This document shows, in pieces, positions 58,275-64,000 of a stretch of DNA of 64,000 nt. A program made the position numbers and the translations under genes. A model generated the notes under the pieces. It was not told where the DNA came from. It saw only the letters and a program-made list of their open reading frames with translations, and did no database searches. This stretch comes from Alphaproteobacteria bacterium. GTDB lineage: Bacteria > Pseudomonadota > Alphaproteobacteria > RF32 > CAG-239. The number at the start of each line of letters is the position of its first letter. The stretch's first letter is position 1. The DNA is taken from the NCBI GenBank assembly GCA_045221335.1, contig JBGUWS010000019.1:9822-73821 (forward strand), given 5' to 3'.

Positions 58275-59361
58275 ATATTTCTCCTCCAGGCATCGGTTCT
58301 GTAACACCGGTTGTTGTGGGAAAGGTTATAGGCAAAGAGTAAATTGTTCTGGCGCTCAAGAAAGCAATAATTTCAGCATTAATTGTATCAGAAGGAATAC
58401 CTAAATCTTGGCAAGAAAAAACATCAATATTTGGTATCCTTTGGCGGATAAATCTCATCAATGTTGGATTGTTTGATGGTTGACCACATATAACAATCTT
58501 TTTAGGTAATTCAGGTAGATACAAACAAATTGAATAACAAATAGATTCGGCAACAAAGGCAGAAGCTGTTGCTGTACCGTCTTCCAACGACAAACCTTCC
58601 AAATGCTCTGCTTTGTCAGAAAAAATACCTGTATAAGCAGATTTTGGAGGAAATTTTGCAAAAAACTCATGGTGCATTAAAGAGTTAACGATTCTTTCAT
58701 GTACACGTCCTGTAATGGCAAGCTTTCCATTGTAATCATTATCTATTTGTCCGTGTTTAGATGTCCAATTATTGATGAAATTATCTCCCGGACCACAATC
58801 AAAGCCGACCAATTCGCCAAAAGATCCAATCCATGTGATGCTTGCCTTACCGTTAAAATTAACATAAGCAATAGGTTTTGTTTCATCTGTAGATAAAGCA
58901 CTAAAGTAACTGGAAGAAATAGGAGTTCCTTGACCCCCACAACTAATATCTGCATTACGAAAGTGGGTGACAGTCTTTATTCCGATTTGTGAGGAAATAT
59001 ATCTTCCGTTACCAAGTTGGTATGTATACTGAAGTTTTGGATTATGTAGTGTTGTAAGCCCTTCTAAACCAATAACATCAACAGGTTCGTCACAATCTTT
59101 AATAAAATCTTTAAGAAGCTGAAGATAAAAAGAAGATACTTCCATATCAACTGTTTGAAGTAATTGTTCGTTATTATTTACATCTCTTTTTAATCCTAAA
59201 ACAGAACGGATTCTTTCCTTCATGTTGTCTGGATACGGAACAACACAAGCTTTTATTCTTTTTATAATATCCAAACCGTCTGTTCTAATAAGCGCAAGCT
59301 CTACGCCGCTAAATGTAGATGTTCCCATTAAGCCCAGACAATTAAGTCCTTTAATAATCAT
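58264..59361 (-). CDS. anmK: anhydro-N-acetylmuramic acid kinase
   Basis: The N-terminus LGLMGTSTFSGVELALI resembles the AnmK GLMSGTSxDGVD motif and is a slightly divergent match, since the Asp pair is not conserved. 365 aa. It is divergent from tyrS, as is typical in alphaproteobacteria. Confidence 0.8.
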   Translation of the reverse strand: MIIKGLNCLGLMGTSTFSGVELALIRTDGLDIIKRIKACVVPYPDNMKERIRSVLGLKRDVNNNEQLLQTVDMEVSSFYLQLLKDFIKDCDEPVDVIGLEGLTTLHNPKLQYTYQLGNGRYISSQIGIKTVTHFRNADISCGGQGTPISSSYFSALSTDETKPIAYVNFNGKASITWIGSFGELVGFDCGPGDNFINNWTSKHGQIDNDYNGKLAITGRVHERIVNSLMHHEFFAKFPPKSAYTGIFSDKAEHLEGLSLEDGTATASAFVAESICYSICLYLPELPKKIVICGQPSNNPTLMRFIRQRIPNIDVFSCQDLGIPSDTINAEIIAFLSARTIYSLPITFPTTTGVTEPMPGGEIYET

Positions 59362-59469
59362 ATAACAAAAAGCCTTTTTCTGGTTGCAATATTAAATATT
59401 TATGCATACCATTATATCTCTATAATACGTTAAAATTTAGTATAGAACAAGAAAGGCAAAAAGTTAGCA

Positions 59470-60723
59470 ATGACACAATTCAAATCAGAATTCTTAAATA
59501 TAATGTTAGAGCGCGGTTTTTATAATCAATGCACAAACGAAGAGGGCTTTGATGAATACCTTGCAGAATGTGAAAAAAAAGGAACCCCGGCTGTTGGATA
59601 TTTAGGATCTGATCCGACGGGAGACAGTCTGCATGTTGGACACATTGTACCATTGATGATGTTGCGGTGGTTTCAAAAGTGCGGACATAAGCCTTTGACG
59701 TTGATAGGCGGAGCAACCGCTCGCATAGGAGATCCATCTGGAAAAGACAAACTTAGACCTTTCTTGGACGAAAAAACGCTAGAAAACAATATTTTAGGCT
59801 TAAAAAAATCCTTTATGAAATTTCTAAAATTTGGAAACGATAAAACAGATGCTTTAATGGTAGATAACTGGGATTGGTTTAAGGATATTAATTATCTAGC
59901 CTTTTTAAGGGATATTGGTACTTGTTACTCTGTTAATCGTATGTTGACAATGGATAGTGTTAAAAGCAGATTAGAACGCGAACAACCTATGTCCTTTTTG
60001 GAATTTAATTATATGCTTTTACAAGGATACGATTTTTGTGTTCTATTACAAAGATATGGGTGTCGTGCACAGATAGCCGGCGCTGATCAATGGGGCAATA
60101 TTGTTTCCGGCACGGAATTAGGTCGCCGTCGTTATGATACGGAATTATTTGGTTTTACAAGTCCTATCATTACAGATTCCTCAGGTAAAAAAATGGGAAA
60201 ATCCGAAGGGAACGCAATATGGATTAATAATGAAAAACTGTCTTCGTATGATTATTTCCAATATTTTCGTAATATCGGTGATGCAGAGGTTGGTAAATGT
60301 CTACGCATTTACACAGATTTGCCTATTGATGAGATTCGTCGTTTAGAGGTTTTGCAAGATAAAGAAATCAACGAGGCAAAAAAGATTTTAGCTTTCGAGG
60401 CTACAAAAATTTGTCGTGGTGAAGTGGAAGCAAAAGCAGCCCTTGAAACAGCGACAAAAACTTTTGAACAAGGGGTTGTTGGTGAAAATTTACCATCAGT
60501 GGAAATACCTCAAAAGGAAATAAACGTATTGGAGGCTTTTGTTGCATTAGAATTCGTTGCCAGCAAAGGAGAGGCTCGTCGTTTGATAAAGCAATCCGGA
60601 CTAAAGCTGAATGATAAAACAATTACTGATGAAAATTATATCATCACAGAAAAAGATATATGTGATGGAAAAATTAAGCTATCTCAAGGTAAAAAGAAAC
60701 ATGGGCTGCTTATCCTAAAATAA
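59470..60723 (+). CDS. tyrS: tyrosine--tRNA ligase
   Basis: It has HIGH (HVGH), KMSKS (KMGKS), and a C-terminal S4-like domain. Confidence 0.95.
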   Translation: MTQFKSEFLNIMLERGFYNQCTNEEGFDEYLAECEKKGTPAVGYLGSDPTGDSLHVGHIVPLMMLRWFQKCGHKPLTLIGGATARIGDPSGKDKLRPFLDEKTLENNILGLKKSFMKFLKFGNDKTDALMVDNWDWFKDINYLAFLRDIGTCYSVNRMLTMDSVKSRLEREQPMSFLEFNYMLLQGYDFCVLLQRYGCRAQIAGADQWGNIVSGTELGRRRYDTELFGFTSPIITDSSGKKMGKSEGNAIWINNEKLSSYDYFQYFRNIGDAEVGKCLRIYTDLPIDEIRRLEVLQDKEINEAKKILAFEATKICRGEVEAKAALETATKTFEQGVVGENLPSVEIPQKEINVLEAFVALEFVASKGEARRLIKQSGLKLNDKTITDENYIITEKDICDGKIKLSQGKKKHGLLILK

Positions 60724-60762
60724 ACAAAAAATTAATTTGAACCAATATTACTAGCGGTGGCT

Positions 60763-62127
60763 CTACTTTTGGTACTTTATGATTGCTTGCCTTAATTTTT
60801 CAGACCATACTCTTACCAAAGTTTCATCTTTTCCTTCAACTCTTAGTTTAATAACCGGTTCTGTGCCAGATTTTCTTGCAATAACATTGCTGTCATTTCC
60901 CATTTCGATTCGCGCTTTTTCCAACATAAGTTTAACATCATCATATTCCACGCTCTCCAACATATATTCTTTTTTGGAAAAACGTATATTTTCGATAATA
61001 CAAGGATATGTTTCAAAAATTGGAAAGATTTCACTCATTTTGCGCCCATCTTCCAGATATGCTAGGGATAAAACTATCGCAACAACCAGTGCATCACCGC
61101 TCTTTGCATAATCAGATAGAACAATATGTCCAACCAACTCGCCACCAAGAACAGCATCTTTCTCCCGCATCAGATCAATAACATATCTTTCTCCAACCTT
61201 GCTCTTAAAATATTGATAACCATTATTTTTTAAGTATTTTCCCAAGCCAAGGTTAGACCATTCAGTACTAATAACTGCATTGTTTTTTAATTTGTTGTGC
61301 TTTTTTAGATAGGTGGCCAAAAAGCAAAGCAACTGATCACCATCAATAACTTTACCTTGATCATCAACCAAAATTATTCTGTCACCATCACCATCAACGG
61401 CAATACCAAAGTGAGCATGAGAATCTTTGACAGTTTGGGAAAGTTGTTCTGTGTGTTGTGAGCCGCAATTTTCATTTATATTATAACCATTAGGTGTACT
61501 ATTAATGGTTATGACACCTGCTCCAAGATTTTTAAACACTGTTGGTAAAATACTGTAATAGGCACCATTTGCACAATCTAAAACGATTCGCAATTCTTTT
61601 AGCGCACCAAAACACGGCGCAATACGTTGTACCGTTTCAATGTAATCATTAATTGGTGATTTGTTTTGCGTAATACGCCCCAAGGGGGAAGGGCTTTTAT
61701 TTGATAGGGTGTTGTTATTTTCTTTTTTACTGTCTAAAAGCCCTTCAATTTGAGCATAAAAATCATCTGAAAATTTGTCGCCAAATTTATTGATAAGTTT
61801 TATGCCATTGTCCTGATATGGATTATGCGATGCTGTAATCATTAAAGCCATATCAATACCTAAAGATGGTGTTACAGAAGTTAAAAGCGGAGTCGGTACA
61901 ACACCGAGTAAATCGACAGACACACCCTCTGATGTGAATCCAGCCCCTAGGGCAGACTCCAACATGTCACCAGAAATACGCGTATCCTTGCCTATAGCCA
62001 CTTTTCTTTTTTCATTGCAAGCTAACGAACTAAGTACCCGAGCTAGATCAACAGCAAATTCAACAGTCATCGGGTAAGTGTTTGCGACACCGCGTACACC
62101 ATCTGTTCCAAATAATTTATTAACCAT
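60763..62127 (-). CDS. glmM: phosphoglucosamine mutase
   Basis: It has FGTDGVRG at the N-terminus and the active-site TASHNP. 454 aa. Confidence 0.95.
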   Translation of the reverse strand: MVNKLFGTDGVRGVANTYPMTVEFAVDLARVLSSLACNEKRKVAIGKDTRISGDMLESALGAGFTSEGVSVDLLGVVPTPLLTSVTPSLGIDMALMITASHNPYQDNGIKLINKFGDKFSDDFYAQIEGLLDSKKENNNTLSNKSPSPLGRITQNKSPINDYIETVQRIAPCFGALKELRIVLDCANGAYYSILPTVFKNLGAGVITINSTPNGYNINENCGSQHTEQLSQTVKDSHAHFGIAVDGDGDRIILVDDQGKVIDGDQLLCFLATYLKKHNKLKNNAVISTEWSNLGLGKYLKNNGYQYFKSKVGERYVIDLMREKDAVLGGELVGHIVLSDYAKSGDALVVAIVLSLAYLEDGRKMSEIFPIFETYPCIIENIRFSKKEYMLESVEYDDVKLMLEKARIEMGNDSNVIARKSGTEPVIKLRVEGKDETLVRVWSEKLRQAIIKYQK

Positions 62128-62211
62128 AACACCTGCTCCATATCATTTTATACGATTAAGCTAAAACGATAAAAGTGATATTGCAAGCTTATAAATAAGA
62201 TATTGCCAAGT

Positions 62212-62829
62212 TTACAATACGTATCTGAAACCAGCATATACCTCATGATCGGTTACATCTGTTTTTCCATTAAATTCAGACAAATCGCCCATGTCATAGT
62301 AACGATAACCAACATCAAGATTTAAACGATTTGTGAGTTTTGCAGAAACACCAGCACCAAGAGACCAAGTAAAGTTATCATCCTTAGCTGAATATCTTTG
62401 ATCAATTGCTTTGTTGTTAAAATCTAGTCTGTGACGAGTATAGCCAGCTCCAGCGTTCACGAAAGGTGTGAACCAGAAATCAGGAAAGAAGTCATAGTAG
62501 ACAACAAACATGTAAGAATGTGATTTAAAACGTGCTATAGTAATGTTTCCAATATTGTTTGAATTTTTTCTTCTCCAAACATATTCCAACTCAGCTCTAA
62601 AATTTCTATATCTATAACCAAGAGCACCACTAACGGTTAATCTTCTCTTATCAACAACATAATCTGAAATATGCTCATGAACACCATTTCTGTTGTCGTC
62701 AATTTTATACTTTGCAGAACCTCCACGGCCGGCTAAATAAAAACCATCACACTCAGCAGAAGCGTTTTGCCCCAAAAACAAAAGAGAGATAGCCAAAAAG
62801 AATAAAAAGATAAAGTTCTTTTTTGTCAT
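62212..62829 (-). CDS. outer-membrane beta-barrel protein (Omp25/Omp31-like, OMP_b-brl family)
   Basis: It has a signal peptide (MTKKNFIFLFFLAISLLFLGQNASA) and an 8-strand-like beta pattern. The start is placed at the ATG after a GGAG. Confidence 0.6.
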   Translation of the reverse strand: MTKKNFIFLFFLAISLLFLGQNASAECDGFYLAGRGGSAKYKIDDNRNGVHEHISDYVVDKRRLTVSGALGYRYRNFRAELEYVWRRKNSNNIGNITIARFKSHSYMFVVYYDFFPDFWFTPFVNAGAGYTRHRLDFNNKAIDQRYSAKDDNFTWSLGAGVSAKLTNRLNLDVGYRYYDMGDLSEFNGKTDVTDHEVYAGFRYVL

Positions 62830-62994
62830 AAGATAAAACTCCATTTTAAAAAGTTACTCGTAAATACATAGACAAAATAACACAAAATTTAAACAAAACA
62901 AGCAAAAAATTAAAAAAAAGTAAAAAAATTTAAAAAAAACTTTAAAAAGCCTAAAAATATTGATTTTTTTTTTAATTGATGGTAGCTCTTTTTC

Positions 62995-63378
62995 AAGGTG
63001 GTCGGGTAGTTGCATCAAATTTCTTGATGAGGAAAGTCCGAGCGTCGTGGAAACAGGGTACCGGATAACGTCCGGCTGAAGAAATTCAAGGGAAAGTGCC
63101 ACAGAAAATTACCGCCATATTTTATATGGTAAGGTTGAAAAGGCGAGGTAAGAGCTCACCGCAAAAGTAGTAATGCTTATTGGCTAGGTAAACCCTATCT
63201 GACGCAAGACCAAATTAGGGGATCAGTTCTGCTGAATTACGGAGCGTTTCCACTCCACCCCAGAGGTAGGTCGCACGAGCAAATTGGTAACAATTTGCCT
63301 AGATGAATAACTACCACTCTGAATCTTCACTCTTGTGAAGCAAATGAAGAGCACAGAACTCGGCTTATAGACCACCTT
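62995..63378 (+). ncRNA. rnpB: RNase P RNA (bacterial type A)
   Basis: Universal motifs are present: GAGGAAAGTCCGAGC, ACAGAAAATTACCGCC, GGTAAGAGCTCACCGC and CCTAGATGAATAACTACCAC...ACAGAACTCGGCTTATAGACCACC. The P1 stem pairs aaggtggtc with gaccacctt, followed by a T run. Confidence 0.85.
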
Positions 63379-63394
63379 TTTTGAGGAGATGAAA

Positions 63395-64000
63395 ATGAGA
63401 CAATATACAATAAGTAAAAAAGTGGAAATAGAAGGCATCGGATTGCATTCAGGGCTTCCTGCAAAGCTTATACTGGAGTCGGCCCCGGAAGACCATGGTA
63501 TTTGTTTTGTAAGAAGTGACCTGCGGGATTTACCGATTCGCGCCTTATATTCCAGTGTTATTGATGTTAAGAATTGTACATGTATAGGTACTTCTGCGCA
63601 AAATAGAGTGAGCACCATAGAACATTTAATGTCCGTTTTATATATTTTAGGTATTGATAATCTAAAAATATCTATAAATGGCCCAGAAATACCAATACTT
63701 GACGGTAGTGGTAAAGTTTTTTTTGATACACTGCAAAGCATAGAACTAATAGAGCAAAACAAACAGCGTAAATATTTGAAAGTAAAGAAAGAAGTAAATT
63801 TTACGGACAGTAATGGGGCTTCAGTAACATTACTACCTGCAAATGAGATGCATATATGCTTTGATGTAGATTTTCCATCGAAAATAGTAGGACATCAAAA
63901 TTTTGATGAAAAAATAACAAAAGATGTTTTTATGGAGAAAATAGCACCCTGTCGCACTTTTTGTGAAAAATATCAGGTCGACTATCTGAAATCTATAGGA
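63395..64000 (+). CDS. lpxC: UDP-3-O-acyl-N-acetylglucosamine deacetylase, N-terminal part (continues past the window end)
   Basis: MRQYTISKKVEIEGIGLHSGLPAKLIL...TIEHLMSVLYILGIDNLKISINGPEIPILDGSG matches the LpxC N-terminus. A GAGGAG RBS lies 5 nt upstream. It is absent from the ORF track, which lists only stop-bounded ORFs. Confidence 0.85.
   Translation, partial: MRQYTISKKVEIEGIGLHSGLPAKLILESAPEDHGICFVRSDLRDLPIRALYSSVIDVKNCTCIGTSAQNRVSTIEHLMSVLYILGIDNLKISINGPEIPILDGSGKVFFDTLQSIELIEQNKQRKYLKVKKEVNFTDSNGASVTLLPANEMHICFDVDFPSKIVGHQNFDEKITKDVFMEKIAPCRTFCEKYQVDYLKSIG

Noticed and set aside
62854-63102. Minus-strand 82-aa ORF in the A-rich spacer upstream of rnpB
   Set aside because: It lies in a poly-A/T intergenic region and runs into the rnpB 5' end. 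It has no RBS or coding character.
63223-63762. Minus-strand 179-aa ORF in the six-frame track
   Set aside because: It lies antisense across the RNase P RNA gene and the lpxC 5' end. Both are strongly supported on the plus strand, and the ORF has no homology signal, so I treat it as spurious.

Overview
This looks like a low-GC (about 33-36 %) alphaproteobacterial chromosome segment. The gene content and local synteny (gpmI-envC-ctpA-rppH, mnmE/mnmG/rsmG/parAB, anmK<>tyrS, tolQRA, IalB, Omp25-like barrels, a C-domain-only HprK) point to a reduced-genome Rhizobiales lineage, Liberibacter/Bartonella-like; I cannot confirm the organism without a search. The window is mostly densely packed core housekeeping genes, and I recognise these: sufC' (partial), sufD, dnaE, eno, a dCMP deaminase, a LuxR-type regulator, a TadV-like prepilin peptidase, ppdK, pgeF, dnaQ, coaE, rho, mnmE, mnmG, rsmG, parA, parB, cca, an ialB-family gene, rlmN, cvpA, radA, mlaFE, an hprK-like gene, tsaE, rppH, ctpA, an M23 peptidase, gpmI, a family-4 UDG, tolQ/tolR/tolA, a CDF transporter, an ABC-2/GldG exporter, anmK, tyrS, glmM, a partial lpxC, and an RNase P RNA (rnpB) that the ORF track mis-covers with a spurious ORF. 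I found no tRNA, rRNA, CRISPR array, integrase or transposase. Five items look non-core or poorly explained. (1) A roughly 23 % GC orphan 460-aa ORF is inserted antisense between mnmE and mnmG inside the otherwise universally contiguous mnmE-mnmG-rsmG-parAB block. (2) A tandem pair of paralogous secreted 4-Cys proteins lies between udg and tolQ. (3) Right next to that pair is a GC-rich islet with a consensus promoter, a small 3-TM ORF and a perfect terminator. (4) A Bat-like VWA operon (DUF4381-BatA-BatB/C-BatD) lacks the usual MoxR/DUF58 partners, has a degenerate MIDAS motif and carries a Q/N-rich repeat tail. (5) A porin gene is translationally coupled to a pseudo-receiver OmpR-type regulator. 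Three parS-like sites (two near-perfect) sit in mnmE, mnmG and rsmG.
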